Shown: positions 8,101-23,100, numbered from the stretch's first letter. The stretch is 37,557 nucleotides of DNA from Kiritimatiellia bacterium (GCA_045627965.1 JAZQOP010000083.1:1-37557); one strand, 5' to 3'. Made by a program: numbers and translations. Notes: a model not told the origin generated them from the sequence alone.

Positions 8101-11100
8101 GCCCGGCGGTGAGCGTGAGCGCCCAGACGGAATCGAGCTTCACGATGCAGTGGGGCGCGGTCGCCGGCGCATCCAGCTATCTTGTGCAGGTCGCGACGGA
8201 TGACGAGTTTTCGTCGGGGAGCGCTACGGTGCTGGAAGAGGACTTCAGCGGGTTCGGCACGGCCGGCGGGAGCGACGGAACGACGGATATTTCGGCGTCC
8301 CTCGACGGGAAGACCTCGACGCGCGGGTGGTGGGGGAGCAAAATCTACACGGGCGGCGGACGTGCCAAACTGGGAAGCAGCTCCGCCATCGGCTACATTT
8401 GCACGCCTCCGATGAGCCTGCCGAACGGCGGCACGGCGACCTTCTCGCTGCAGAAGTACGGCACGGACACGGGGTCCGTGAAGGTGGACGTGACGACGGA
8501 TGACGTGGACAACAGTCCGACGTGGACGACGTTGACGACCATCGCTCCGCAGTCGACGGAGACGGAATATACGGTGACGTTGCCGGCGGGGGCGACGGTG
8601 ACGCTGTCGTTCGAGACGACGACCAAGCGCGCGTATGTGTGCTCGCTGACGGTGGAGGGCGGTTCCGGCAGCGGAAGCCTCATCTATTCGGCGGCGGGGA
8701 CGAGCCCGACGACGGTGTCGGACCTGGAGCCGGGGACGTACTACTACCGTGTGCAGTCGGTCGGCGGGAGCTGCGAGACGTGGAGCACGATCGGGAACGT
8801 GACGCTGGAGGCGACGTCGCCGGCGCTGGTGGTGAAGGACGGGGCGACGACGCTGTCGACGGGGGCGACGGTGGCGCTGGGGAACGCGGACCGCGAAGGT
8901 GCGGCGGTGACGAAGACGATCACGCTGGACAACACGGCGGGGACGGCGGCGCTGACGGTTTCGGGGATTGCGGCGACGGGGGACGGGTTCTCGGTGGCGA
9001 ACGTTCCGGTGACGGTGGCGGCGGGGGCGACGGCGACGTTCACGGTCCAGTTTGCGGCCGGGACGATGAACGAAGGGGACCGGTCGGGGACGGTGACGAT
9101 TTCGAGCAACGACGGGACGACGCCGGAGTTCGTCCTGAACGTGACGGCGCACGTGGTGCCGGGCGCGCCGACGGCGGGGACGCCGGCCGTGTCGGGGCTG
9201 TCGGCGAGCGGGGCGACGGTGACGCTGGGGACGATCCACATGCACGGCGGCGCGGCGAGCGCGGCGACGTTCGAGTACGGGACGACGGATAGCTACGGGA
9301 CGACGGTGACGCTGGGGCATGGCGCGCTGACGGCGTCGACGACGAGCGGCACGTTGAGCCAGGCGCTGACGGGGCTGTCGGCCTACACGACCTACTACTA
9401 CCGCTTTACGGTGGAGAACGCGGGCGGGTCCTGCGTGAAGACGGGCTCGTTCCAGACGCAGGGGATCGCCCCGGTGTGGACCTCGTCGACGCTGTCGGCG
9501 CGGACGTTGAAGTATTCGTCGTCGCTGGGAATCGGGTTGACGACGTATCTGAGCGAGCTGGGGACGCCGGCGGCGACGTTTACGATGGCCTTGGTGGGGG
9601 GGGATGCGCCGGCGGGGACGTATAGCGTGACGACAGACGGGACGTTTACGATCAGGCCGGCTCCGGCGGACGCGGGGAAGACGTTCACGTTCGCGTTCAC
9701 GGCGTCGAACGCGGCGGGGAGCGCGACGGCGACGCTGCAGGTGACGGTGACGAAGGGGACGATCGGCGTGGTCGGGAGCGGTGCGTTCGAGGCGACGGCC
9801 GGGACGACGGTGACGCGCGAGTTCACGATCAACAACTCGGGCGCGACGACGCTGATCGTGAGCAACATCGTGGTGGCGGGGACGGGCTTCTCGCTGGCCG
9901 ATGCCTGGTCGAAGACGACGATCCAGGCGGGCGGCTCGGCGACGTTCACGGTGGCGTTTGCGCCGGCGACCGAGGGAAGCTACACGGGGACGGTGACGCT
10001 GAAGAGCGACGACCCGGCGAGCTGGGACTATGTGCTGAACCTGACCGGGACGGGCACGAGCGCGAGCTGCGTCGAAGGCAGCACGAACGAGTTCAACCAC
10101 CTGCCGGCATCCTACGCGACCGTGGTCAACGACGGCGGGACCTGGGAGGAAGGGGGCTACGCGCTGGGCATGTGGGCGCACAACGGGAGCGTCAACCAGG
10201 TGTCGGCGTTCCGCAAGTTCACGACGACGGGACTGAACAGCGGGACGGCGCGTCCGCTGGCGGTCGGCGACGAGTTCACGATCTGGACGAAGGCGGACGG
10301 GGCGCCGTATTCGGACGGGTATGCGGGGATCAGCTTCAACGACAGCCTGTCGTTCAGCGCGCATAGCGGCGTCTACGATGTGCGGCGCGGCGCGATCCAG
10401 CTGTGCGGCGACGGGCACTACAAGGTGTTCGACGCGGACCACCCGGACGGCGAGGACACGGGCAAGACGGCGGGGCAGTGGCGGAAGATCCGCTTCAAGG
10501 TGACGAGCTCGAGCACGTTCACGGCGGCCATCACGGACGACGGCGGCGCGAACGAATACGTCTACAGCGACCGGCCGATGATGAACGGGCCGACGGCGAG
10601 TTCGCGGATCCAAAGCTACGCGGTCTACCTGAAGAACGACGGCGGGCACAACAACTACTGGCAGGACGGGAAGGTCACGGATACGGGCTATGTGACGTTC
10701 GGCTCGGACGACAACTCGATCCCGCGGACGATCTCCGGCGTGATCAGCGACGGCGTGCCGGCGAACTGCGCGAACGGGTCGCGGACGAACCGGGTCTACA
10801 AGAAGGGGACGGGCATCATCGCGCTGACGGGCGTGAACACGTTCAGCGGCGGCGTGGAGATCCAGGGCGGCATCCTGCGGGTGGGCGCGGACAGCGCGCT
10901 GGGCGCGGTCCCGGCGAGCGTGTGGCCGGCGGTGGTCATCCTGACGAACGCGGCGCTGGAGGCGACCTCCACGTTCGAGATGAGCGCGCTGCGCGGCGTG
11001 CAGGTGGCGGGTCCCGGCGCGGGCCTGACGGTCGACGCGTCCCAGACCTTGACGATCGCGGGCCCGTTGAGCGGGAGCGCGACGTGGAACAAGTTCGGCG

Positions 11101-14100
11101 ACGGCACGCTGCGCCTGACGGGCGTGAACACGTTCACGGGCGGCGGCTATGTGAGCAACGGGACGGTGACGGCGGCCAGCGCGCTCGCCCTGGGCGGCTC
11201 GACGAGCGGGCAGATCACGGTGAACGGCGGCGCGACGCTGCGCATCGAGGAGAACACCTCGGCGCAGAAGCTGGTGGCGCAGGCGGGCTCGACGTTCGCG
11301 GTCGTGGCCGGCAAGGCCCTGACGGTGGCGGCGGCGAGCGACATTTCGTCGAGCACGGTGCAGTTCGACCTGTCCGGCGATGCGACGTTCGACGGGGCGG
11401 CGGCGGCCGAGTGGGCGATCATCAAGGGCGCGACGACGACGACGAACGGCGCGACCCTCTCGCTGCAGAACCTGCCGGCGGGCGCGAACGCGAGCTGCTT
11501 CTCGTTCGCGAAGAGCGGCACGACGCTGAAGGTGACCTATGCGCCGCCGGCGGCCAGCGGCAACGACGTCTACTGGCGCGCGGAGGCCGATGACGGGCAC
11601 TTCGTCCTGTCGAGCGGGCACGGGAGCGTCCAGCCTTGGTGGTACAAGATGGCCAACGGCGCGGGCTACGCGAACGCGAACATGACGGACAACGGGCCGA
11701 ACAACCTGTTCTTCAACAACGGGAACCAGGTGGCCATGACGAACGACGTGGCGAGCACGGTCGCGACGATCGCCTTCGTGAGCGGGAACTCTTCGCGGAC
11801 GATCTACGGGACGGCGCCGCTGACGGTGCTGGACGCCATCACGAACAAGGCGGGCGCGAACCACTTTGCGGTGCCGCTGGCGACGGATGCGGACGGGCTG
11901 CTGGTGACGAACACGTCGTCCGCGAGCATCTACTTCGATGGCGGGTTCACGGGCGGCGACATCACGAAGAAGGGCGCGGGGACGCTCTACATCGCCTCGG
12001 AGATGGGCGTGGGCGTGGACTTTGACGTGCAGGCCGGCGCGCTGCAGTTCAACAGCGGCGCGGCGGTTCCGGGGAACGTGCAGGTGGCCTCGGGTGCGAG
12101 CGTGAAGGCGAACGCGACGGCGATGACCTACGCCGGGACGATCAGCGGGGCCGGCTCGCTGTTGAAGCAGGGGACCGGCACGTTCGTCGTGACGGGCGAG
12201 AACACCTTCGGCGGCGGGACGACGGTCAGCGGCGGGACGCTGCAGGTCGGCAACGGCGGGACGTCCGGGACGCTGCCGGGCGACGTGGCGCTGTCGGCGG
12301 GCACGGCGACGCTGGCGTTCGACCGCAGCGACGCCTGCACCTTCGCCGGCGCGGTGTCCGGCACGGGCAAGCTGGTCCAGAGCGGGACGGGGACGCTGAC
12401 GCTGAGCGGCACGAGCACGCTGACGGGCGCGACGACGGTCTCGAACGGGACGCTGGTCGTGAGCGGTTCGATCGCTTCGAGCGCGACGACGGTGGCTTCG
12501 GGCGCGACGCTGTCCGGCACGGGCACGGTCGGCGCCCTGGCGGTGAACGGCACGGTGGCCCCCGGCGCGAGCGCGGCGGCGGGCACGGCCGGCACGCTGA
12601 ACGTCTCCGGCGCGGTGGCGCTGAACGCGGGCGGCGCGCTGGCGGTCGACCTGGCGACGACGACGTCGGCGGACAAGATCGCGGCGACGGGCGCCATTGC
12701 GGCGAATGCGAGCGGCATCTTCACGGTGGCGGTGCGCGGCGCGTGCACGGGCTTCGACAAGACGCAAGCCTACAGCTGGACGATCGTCGACGGCAACGGG
12801 ACCCTGACGGGCTTCGATGCCTCGCGGATGACGGTCGACGCGTCCGCCTTCGGGCCGATGGTGGCCGACGCGGATGGCGCCTTCGCGCTGACGGCGGAGA
12901 ACGGCGACATCGTGCTGTCCTGGAACCCGCGCCCGGCGGCCCCGACGCTGTCGGTCGGCGCGCCGGCGGCGGATTCGATCCCCGTGACGGTCGGCAACGC
13001 CCCGACGGGCGGCTCGCTGGTCGTGGTGGTCAAGCCGGCGGCCGATGCATGGACGATTGCGGCGAACGAGTATCCGACCGGTTCCCTGCCGAGCGTCGGC
13101 GACAGCTTCGTCGGCGGCACGGTGAAGTATGTCGGCGGCAACGCGACGGCCCAGTCGCTGGCCGGCCTGCTGAGCTGCTCGGCCTACGACATCCGCGTCT
13201 ACAGCTACCTGGACGGCACCTGGTCGGCGGCGACGGCCTCCGATGAGTCCGTCGAAACGACCGCGCCGGCGGCCCCGACGTCGCTTGCGCACGGCACGCT
13301 GACGGCGACGAGCGCCGACCTGAGCTGGGCGGCCGTCCCGGGTGCGGCCAGCTACGTCCTCGATGTCGCCGTCGGCGAGTTCGGGACGGGCGGCAGCGGC
13401 ACGCCGGGCGAGAGTGTGACCATCCTGACGAACGCCGCGACGAGCTACTCGTCGGTCCCGACCGGCTGGACCTACAACCACCTCAGCGGTTCGTCCTACC
13501 TGATCATCGGCTATTCGGATGGCTATGTCCAGACGCCGGAGTTCAGCGCGGCGACCTACACGGGCCTGACCCTCAAGTTCTTCATGCGCACGTATGGCGG
13601 CCCGTCCGAGGCGGGGAAGACGCTGACCATCCAGGCCTCGCTCGACCACGGTTCGACCTGGTCCGACGTGGGGTCGGCCAGCGCGAGCTCGACGACGCTG
13701 ACGGAGAAGACGGTCGACCTGAGCTCGTTGGACCGCCAGGCGAGCGTCATCCTGCGCCTGGTCGACAAGGGCGCGGCCAGCAACAAGGGCGTCGGCGTGA
13801 AATCTATCTCCCTGACCGGCGAGAACACGCCGGTCCCGACGACCTACCTGGTGGCGAACGGGATCACCTACAGCAACTACGACGTCGGGAACGTGACGAG
13901 CTATGCGCTGACGGGCCTGGACGAGACGAACACCTACACCTGGCGCCTGCGCACGCAGGGGGCAGGGGATTGCCAGAGCGAGAACAGCGTCGAGGACACC
14001 TTCACGACGCCGCAGGACGCGAGCATGGGAACGGTGGTCGTGGCCGATTTCGCGACGGCGGGCCAGGTCGCGGCGCAGCTGGCGACGGCGGGCTCGACGA

Positions 14101-17100
14101 AGGTCGTCGTGCAGCGCATGCAGGTGACGGTCACGGACGCGGCGGTCGAGCTGACGGGCGCGGCCTTCGACCTGGGCGGCACGGCGGTCGCGGGCGACCT
14201 TGCCGGCTATAAGCTGTGGGTGGGGACGAGCGAGGACATCGCCTCGGCGACGCAGGTCGGCGCGGCGAGCGCGACGGGCGTCTGGACGGGCCTGTCGAAG
14301 TCGCTGGCGCTGGGGACGCACTACGTCTTCCTGACGGCGGACATCCAGGCGGCGGCGGTCGGCGGGCACACGATCGAGCCGGCGGCGTTCGCGGCGAGCA
14401 GCCTGTCGTTCACGAAGGCGCGCAAGAGCGGCTCGGCGACGGCGGCGGGCGCGACGACGATCGGCAAGGCGCCGGTGGTCAGCGTCGTGGACGGCGTGGT
14501 CCGCTACAACTGGGCGGCGGGGACGGGGCACACGATCGACTTGACGTCCGGGTCGGCCTATCCGGTCGACGACCTGGAATGGTCGATGGTCCACGGGACG
14601 ATCGGCGGGTCGCCGTACATCACGCCGGACGGCACGAACGCGGTCTTCCACTGGGCGCCGACGGTGAACGAGGTCGGCCAGACGGTCGGCTTCAGCTTCA
14701 CGGCGGAAAACTCGGTGGGCGTCTCGGCGCCGTGCATCGTGCAGGTGACGGTGGGCATGGGGTCGCTGTCGGCCTTCTCGGCGACGCCGGTGGAAGGCAA
14801 TGCGGGCGCGATGGACCTGGCGTGGACGCCGTTCGGGGCGGACACGAGCGTCCGGATCCGCTACACGGAATACGCGGGCGAGGAGCTGACCTACGCGAGC
14901 GGCGGGGCGATCGCCTACGAAGGGCCGGCCAGCGCGCTGACCTATCGCATGACCAGCGGCATCACCGCGTGCAAGACCTACTACTTCAAGGCCTGGGAAG
15001 TCACTGGCAGCACCTACTCGCCGGAGGCCCTGGAAGACACGGCGACGGCGCCCGCCCCGGCGGCGCCGGAGAATCTCTCGGTCGCCAATCTCGACTATAA
15101 TACGTTCCAGGCGAAGTGGAACGCGGTCTCGGGCGCGGCGAGCTACCTGCTGAACCTCTACGAAGGGCAGGCGGGCGGCACCTTGGCCATCCAGGACTTC
15201 GAGACGCCGGCCGGCACGCCGACGCTGGCCTACGAGAACACGGGCGCCACGATCGGTGCGCAGAGCTACAGCTATCCGTCCGGCGGCACGACCGGCGTGG
15301 GCGGGAGCGCCGGGGCCTACGTGGTCAACGGCACGGCCGAAATCGACTTTGGGCCGTTCGACCTGACGGGCATCGAAGGCGCCCGGTTCGAGGTCGAGGT
15401 GGCCTCGTTGAGCTCGTCGAGCGGCAACGGCGCCGACACGGGGGACACGGTGACCATCTATGTGGAGCCTGGCGACGGGACCCTCTATCCGCAGGTGTGC
15501 ATCGCCGGCGCCGGCAATTCGCAGTGGAAGTACGGCTCCGGGGCCGACGTCGCGGTGGCCTATGCGCCCAACGACAGCGTGGGCAAGACGACCCATGGCA
15601 GCCTGGGCAAGCTGGTGGTCAGCAACCTTCCGGCGGTGGCGGGCGTGACGATCCAGGTCGAAATGGTGAACAATGCGAGCGCCGAGATCTGGGCGATCGA
15701 CAACGCGGCGATCGTCGCGGACGAGACGCGCGTGCCGGTGTCCGGGCAGCAGAACATCTCGACGACGAACCTGAACTACACCTTCACGGCCCTGACGGAG
15801 CAGACGAGCTACTCCTACACGGTGCAGGCGGTGGGCGCGACGGCGGAGTGCACGAGCCCGGCGTCGGCGCTGCAGGTGACGACGCCGGAGCGGTGCGCCT
15901 CGCCGGCGAACGTGCAGGCGACGGACGGGACGTTCTGGGACAAGATCCAGGTGACGTGGGCCTCCCGGAGCGACCGCGGCGCGACCGGCTACAAGATCTA
16001 CCGCGCGACGACCGAGGACCCGGAGGACGCGGTCCTGATCGGGACGGTGAGCGGCGGGTCGACGACCTCCTACGACGACGTCCATGACGCCTCGACCAAC
16101 CCGCTGGCGCTGGGCCGGACCTACTACTACTGGGTGACGTCCCTCGCCGGCGACAGCGAAAGCCAGTTCCTGAACAAGGACGGCGGCTATCGCGCCGGCC
16201 TGCTGATGCGGACGGGCTTCGAAGGCGATGCGTCCGTCGAGACGTGGAACCTGGCCCCCGAGACGGCGTTCGACGACGACGCGCTCGACGCGCCGCGCAC
16301 GATGCTTTCGACCGTCACGAACGGCATCGAGGGCACCTACGCCCTGCGCCTGGCCCCGAACGAGCCGGCGACGCTCGACACGGTGGGCATCCCCTCCACG
16401 GCGCAGAACCTGGCCGTCGCCTTCACGGCGGCCTACGGCGACCTCAAGGGCCAGACGGGCGGCCCGAAGAACAACGACAACTTGACGATGAGCGTCAGCT
16501 ACGACGGCGGCGCGACCTGGCAGACGCCGCAGGTCGTCATCGCCGGGACGGGCACCGCCGCCGGGCGCGGCACCTTCGCCGAGCACAGCTTCGAGCTGCC
16601 GCTGGATGCGGCGGCCGCGGCGGCGGCCGGCCAGCTCTCCGTCCGCTTCATGTATGCGGCCGACGGGACGGGCGGCGGCTGCTACTGGATCGACGACCTG
16701 CGCCTTCTGGGCGACGCCTCGCTGCCGACGGTCTCCTTCGTCGGCGCGGCCTATGACGACGTCGTCGAGGGCGACTCGGCCGTCCAGGTGACGGTCCCGG
16801 TGAAGATTTCCTCCGCGGCGGCCGCGACGGTCGGCATCGCCCTGAAGGGGACGGCGACCGAAGGCACGGACTACACGCTGTCGGCGACGACCGTGGAGTT
16901 CGCGGCCGGCGGCGCGACCAGCCAGGACGTCACGGTGACGATCGCCGCCGACGACCTGCCCGAAGGCACGGAAAGCATCCGCCTGATGCTGACGGGCGCG
17001 ACCGGCGCCTTGGTCGGCCCGAACAGCCTGCATACGATCTTCGTCCGCGACCCCGACGCCTTCGAGGTCGGCACGGCGCGCCTCGGCGGCAACGCCGAAG

Positions 17101-20100
17101 CGGACCGCATCTTCGCGACGATCCGCCCCGACGTCCTCGCCCTGGAGAATGCGACGAACGTGACCCTGCCCAGCGGCTACACGCTGTCGTCGAAGGCCGG
17201 CACCGGCGAACATTCGCTGGTGGTGGCTTCGCGCTACCCGATCAAGGGGCAGGGGACGATGTCGCTGACCGGCGGCACGGCCCACTGGGTGCACCTCGAC
17301 CTGCCCGACGCGCTGTCGGCGGAAGACCTGGTGCTCTTCCACGTCAAGATGACGAACACGGTGGCCGGACGCGCCTCGCAGGCGACGGCGCTGGCGTCCG
17401 CGATCGCCACGGTCGTCACGGAGAACGGGTTCGAGGACGAGATGCAGGCCATCGTCGGCCCGCTGGCCATCGAGCGCGGCGACGCCGAGGCGGCGCTGGC
17501 GACCCTCGTCGGCGCCGGGTTCTACGACACAAGCGTGCCGCGGGACAGCGCCGCCCTGGAGGGCAGCTCGCTGGATGGCACGTCGACCATCGGCTACATC
17601 CTGGCCAACCAGGCCCTCGAACGGCGCACGGCCCCGTTCGTCTACGCCGACCGCACCTTCTCCGGCGGCCAGATCTACGACACGCGCGACTGGAACGGCC
17701 ATGATCTGCCCGCCCTGGTGCAGGACATCACGGCGTGGAGCGACAGCAAGAGCAGCCGCCCCGTCCTCAAGCTCTTCACCCTCGGCAAGGTCGTCCAGGC
17801 CCCGGCCCTCGAGGTCGTGACGCACCAGTCCGGCGGCGTCGATTCCGCGACGGAGATCGACTGGACGGTGACGCCGAACGTCGACGGCGACGCGTGGGTC
17901 CTGGTGGTGAACCAGACCGGCGTCTTCCTGTCCCCGGCGGCCGGATCGGCGATTCCGGCGGCGGGCGAGACCTTTGCGGGCGGCACGGTCGTCGCGAGCG
18001 GCGCCGCGGGCGGCACGGCGGCGGTTTCGGATACGCTCGACGAGCTGACGGCCTGCTCGACCTACTACTTCGCGGCGTTCTCGAAGGATGCCGACGGGCT
18101 CTTCTCTCGGGCGTCCGAGGCGTCGGCCATCACGGCCGAGCCGATGGCTCCCGAGGGGCTCGTCGCCTCCGACGTCGAGGCGGCCTCCTTCACGGCCACC
18201 TGGACGGAGCCCGCCGGCAATGGCGCGGCCTTCTACGAACTGCGCGTCTCCACCGAGAACCCCGGCACCCTCGACCTGCAGGACAAGCTCCCGCTCGCGA
18301 GCGGCTACGGCATCGAGCCCCTGACCTCCGGCAGCGCCTCGACGCGCGCCAGCGGCTGGACGACGGGCGGCTCGACCGCCTTCGAGGCGACCGGTTTCAA
18401 GATGGGCAGCGGCAAGGCCATCGGCTCGATCACGACGCCCGAAATGGACCTGCTGGCCAACAACGGCACCGCGACCCTGACGTTCGACGCCAAGGCCTAC
18501 AACACCGACAGCGGCTCGGCCTTGGAGATCGCCGTCATCACGGGCGCCGGCACGACGACGGCTTACACGACGCCGACCCTGGGCACCGACGACTACGCTA
18601 CCTACCAGGTCGAGCTGGCCGGCTGCACGGCTGAGACGCGCATCCGCTTCGAGACGCTGGCCTCCGGCAAGCGCGCCTACCTGGCGAACGTCCGCGTCCA
18701 GCAGGGGAGCGCGGCGGTCGAATACGTCCCGGGCTACGACCACCTCGACACGGGCTCGATCGCCGGCGGCGGCGAGCACAGCGTGGCGGTGACCGGCCTG
18801 GTCGAGTCGACGAAGTACTACTGGCAGGTCCGCGCCCGCGGCGCCAGCTGCGACAGCGAATGGGTGACCTACTGCTACACGAACGCCACGCCCGAAGTGG
18901 TCGACTATGTCGAGACGCTCGGCGCGCCGATCATCAGCGTCAACCCGATCGCCTACGCGTTCGGCATGGTCGCGAAGGACAGCGCCGTCACCGGCACGGT
19001 CTGGGTCGCGAACATCGGCCATGACGACCTGTCCGTCTCCTCCATCACCTTCGCCGGCACCGGCAGCGGGAACTTCAGCGCGACGCCGACGAGCATCGCC
19101 ACGATCGCCCGGCCGTCCGGCGAGACGGTCTACTCCAACGCCATCCAGGTGGTCTTCGCCCCGACGGTCGGCGGCACGTTCAACGTCAACATGGTCATCG
19201 CCAGCAGCGACCCGGCCACGCCGACGGTCAACGTCGCCCTGACGGGCTCCTGCAACGACCCCGAGACGGCGCTGCCGACGATCCTGGGCTACGGCGTGAT
19301 CGACGAGTTGGGCACGACGAACCGCGTGACCGACCACTCGATGGCGCTGGAAAGCGACGCCCCGACGGTCCGGATCTACGCCTACCACGTCAAGGGCGTG
19401 GAATCGGCGTCGGCGCGCTGGCGCCTGCTGGGCCTGGACGGCAACGTCCTGGCGGTGGCGGACAACGAGACGTTCACCTCGTGCGAGCCGGCGACCTACA
19501 GCGGCCGCGCGGCGCAGTGCTTCACGGCGACGATCCCTGCGCTGGGCGCCGGGCAGGCGGCGCTGGGCCAGTACAAGCTCGAAGCGACCTTCACCAGCTC
19601 CAACGGCTACACGACCTCCTGGTATGGCTACTTCGACCCGAACGGCCAGACCTGGATCATGGACGACTTCAACCGCGGCGACGCCCAGGGCGCCCAGATG
19701 GGCGGCGGCTGGAACCAGTGCTACAGCGGCGCCGTCGCCAACGAGGCGGCGGTCGCCAACGAACGCCTCGAGTTCTTCGGCCCGAACACCGGCAACGGCG
19801 GCGGCAACGGCTACATCGGCGTCTACCAGGACGTCTCGCACCTGCCCTACAATGCGCAGCTCAGCGGCAACGACTCGACGCTGACCTGGGGCTTCGACTT
19901 CCTGCCCGGCCATTCGCTGGCGGACTTCGCCTCCGGCCACTACGCGGCCGCCTTCGTCCTGGGCTCCACCGCGGGCAACTACGCGACCGCCACGGAAGGC
20001 CAGCGGGGCTTCGCGGTCATCGCGACCAACGGCACCATCCGCCTGGCGAGCTTCAGCGGCAGCCTGACGGCCAACGCCAACATCAAGGCCCTCGGCGACG

Positions 20101-23100
20101 GCTTCGCCTATGACAGGACGTCGCCCGTCGCCATCCGCGTCGACTATGTGCCGTCGCGCTCCGAGAACGTCCTGAACGACGACAACGAGACCTACTCGAC
20201 GGCCACGACCGACGCCTACCTCGACCTCTACATCCGCACGCTCGCCGACGCCGCGGCCATGGCCGACGACAACCCGACCGAGGGCTTCACCACGGCCGAC
20301 CGCGTCACCCGCGTCGACCTGACCGCCATCGCGGCCACCAACGCCGCCCTGGTCCCGGACAACCTCGAACTGAAGTATGCCGGCGCGTTCTGGTCGCACG
20401 CCAAGGTCACGACCCCCGATGCCGGGACGTGCGCCCTCTTCGACAACTTCTACTTCCCGCGCGCCTCCGGCCAGCCGGTCGTGATGAGCTTCGACGTGGT
20501 CGACGAGGACACCGAGCCGCCGGTGCACAGCGACTTCAACGTCCGCGGCGCCATCCCCTACGACGACATGGCCGGCGGGCTGTCGGTCACCGGCCTGGTG
20601 ACGGACCTCTCCGGCGTCTATGCCGCGAGCAACACCTGGCGCCTGCTGAGCAACGGCATCGAGATCGCCAACGGCGTCCTGGCGGCCTCGCCGGCCGAGG
20701 ACGGCGCCGCCCAGGTCGTCGGCCTGTCCTGCACGATCCCGCAGAGCACCTTCGTCAAGGGCAACTGCGACGGCTTCGTCTTCGAGGTCGCCAGCACGGA
20801 CTACGACCGCGACCACGCGGACGACTGCCTGTCGTCGACGGCCTCCTATCCGTTCTCCGTCACCGAGCAGAACCTGCACACGCCGACCTACTTCGCCGTC
20901 GAGCCCGACGGCGAGGAAATGGTCGTCGCCCGCTGGAACAACTCCGGCGAGTGGGTCGTGATTGTCCGCTCCGACGATCCGATCGACGAGACCGTCTGCC
21001 CCGAGCAGGGCGTCGCGGTCACGAACGGGCAGTGGCTGGCGGGCATCGGCCAGGTCGCCTACATCGGCAACAACCACGCCCAGCAGTACGGCGACGGCGT
21101 GGCCGAGCTCATCGTCGCGCCCGGCTCGACGAACTACTTCCGCATCTTCGGCACGGCGAACAGCTACTTCACCGCGAGCCTGGCCCCGTCGACGAACGAC
21201 CCGTGCGCGACGCCGGCCTACGAGCCGAACGAAGGCGTCGACTCGTTCCTCTACGCCACGTCGATCCCCGACTACGGCGACACGAACCAGGCCGCTTACG
21301 CCACCGCGTTCGACGACAGCAAGTACTACGTGCCCGGCGGCACCACGCGCCCGGCGACCGGCAGCGGCTGGGGCGAGGACAACTCCTGGACCGGCGACAT
21401 CTCCAAGTGGCACATCCACGACGGCAACCTGCCCGTCGGCCCGACGACCTGCTACCCCGACCCCGTCGGCAACAAGCTCTACTGGCAGGATACCTCCAGC
21501 TACACGGATGAAGGCGCGACCCTGGTCCGCACCTTCGAGCGTCCGATGAGCGGCGACGTCTTCGTGGCCTTCCTGATGAACTACCAGTACGGCGGCCCGC
21601 ACAAGTATGCGAGCATCGCCCTGCTCGACGCCAACGGCGACGAGATCGTCAGCTTCGGCAAGCAGGCCGGCTGGGACCAGTATGCCAGCGACGACTGGCA
21701 GAACGCCGCCGCCATCTACGTGCCGGCCCGCTACGACGGCTACGAGCACTACATGGCCAACCGCGCCGGCGAAAGCCACAGCACCTTCGTCCTGACCCCG
21801 GGCGAGTTCCAGGACTACGCGCTCGTCGGCCAGGTCTCCGCGGCGGACCACATGTTCCGCCTGTGGGCCTACTCCTGCCGCGAGGACGCCGGCCACGCGA
21901 TAGACCAGATCTACACCAACGCGCTCCAGAACACGGTGCACCTGGTGGCGTCCTGGTCCAACGCGAACATCGGCACGGCATCCGTCGCCGCCATCCGCGT
22001 CCAGGCCGGCTCCGGCGCCGGGGCGGGCGGCGACAGCAAGTGTGAGCTGGGCCACGTCTACTTCGACGAAATCCGCTTCGGCTCCACCTGGGACGAGACC
22101 CTGCTGTTCAACAAGCCCGAGGTCTTCGTCTACGAGATCGGCGAGCAGTACGGCACCGACCCCGAAGGCCGTCCGCTCTACTGGATCAGCGACGGCGAGC
22201 TGGCGCACGACGACATCCCGTTCGACATCAGCTTCAACCTCTACCACCGCACCGGCGTCAACTCCGCCGAGTTCACGATCCTCGACCCGACGAACGGCGC
22301 CGTCCTGCTGTGGACGAACCGCCTGGCGGATACGACCACCGTCGGCCTCGTCAGCACCAAGATCGGACAGTACTCGACCTGGTCGCAGCACGTCCAGGGC
22401 GTCGCGATGAAGACCAACGACATCATCATCGGCACGAACAACGTCTACACGCTCCAGGTCCACATGGTGGCCCAGGGCGGCAAGGAGGACACGGTCACCA
22501 GCGCGGCCGAAGGCGGCAAGGGCGCGAACGACCTCTTCTTCGGCGAGTTCGGCGAAGGCAACAGCTACGACAAGTACGTCGAGCTCTACAATGGCACGGG
22601 CCAGGCGATCGACCTCAGCCAGTACATGATCTGCTGCGTCATGAACCCGAAGGGCGACGACAAGGAGGACTACTATTCCGCCATGCGGAACTGCACGGTC
22701 CGCTACTCCTACATGCTCGATGCGGACGGCAACTCGATCATCCTGCCGCACCACGAGACGGTCGTCGTCCTCAACGGCGGCCCGAACGGCAAGGCGAACG
22801 CGGCGATGGCCCAGGCCCTGGAGGCCCAGGGGCGCAACTACGTCTACGCAACGAACGACGTGCTGAACGTCTCCGGCGACGACCCCGTCCTGCTGTTCCA
22901 CCTGCCCGATACGAACAACTGGATCGACGCCTGCGGCATCGCCGAGGGCATCACCGACCAGCGCTACATCATGACCCGCTATGCCGAGTCGGAAGTGCCT
23001 CGCCCGGCGCCCCTGGTGGTCGACACGGACGAATGGTTCTTCCGCCAGTGGGACAAGACGAGCACCCCGCCGACCGAAAGCGAGAGCTACACGAACTTCA

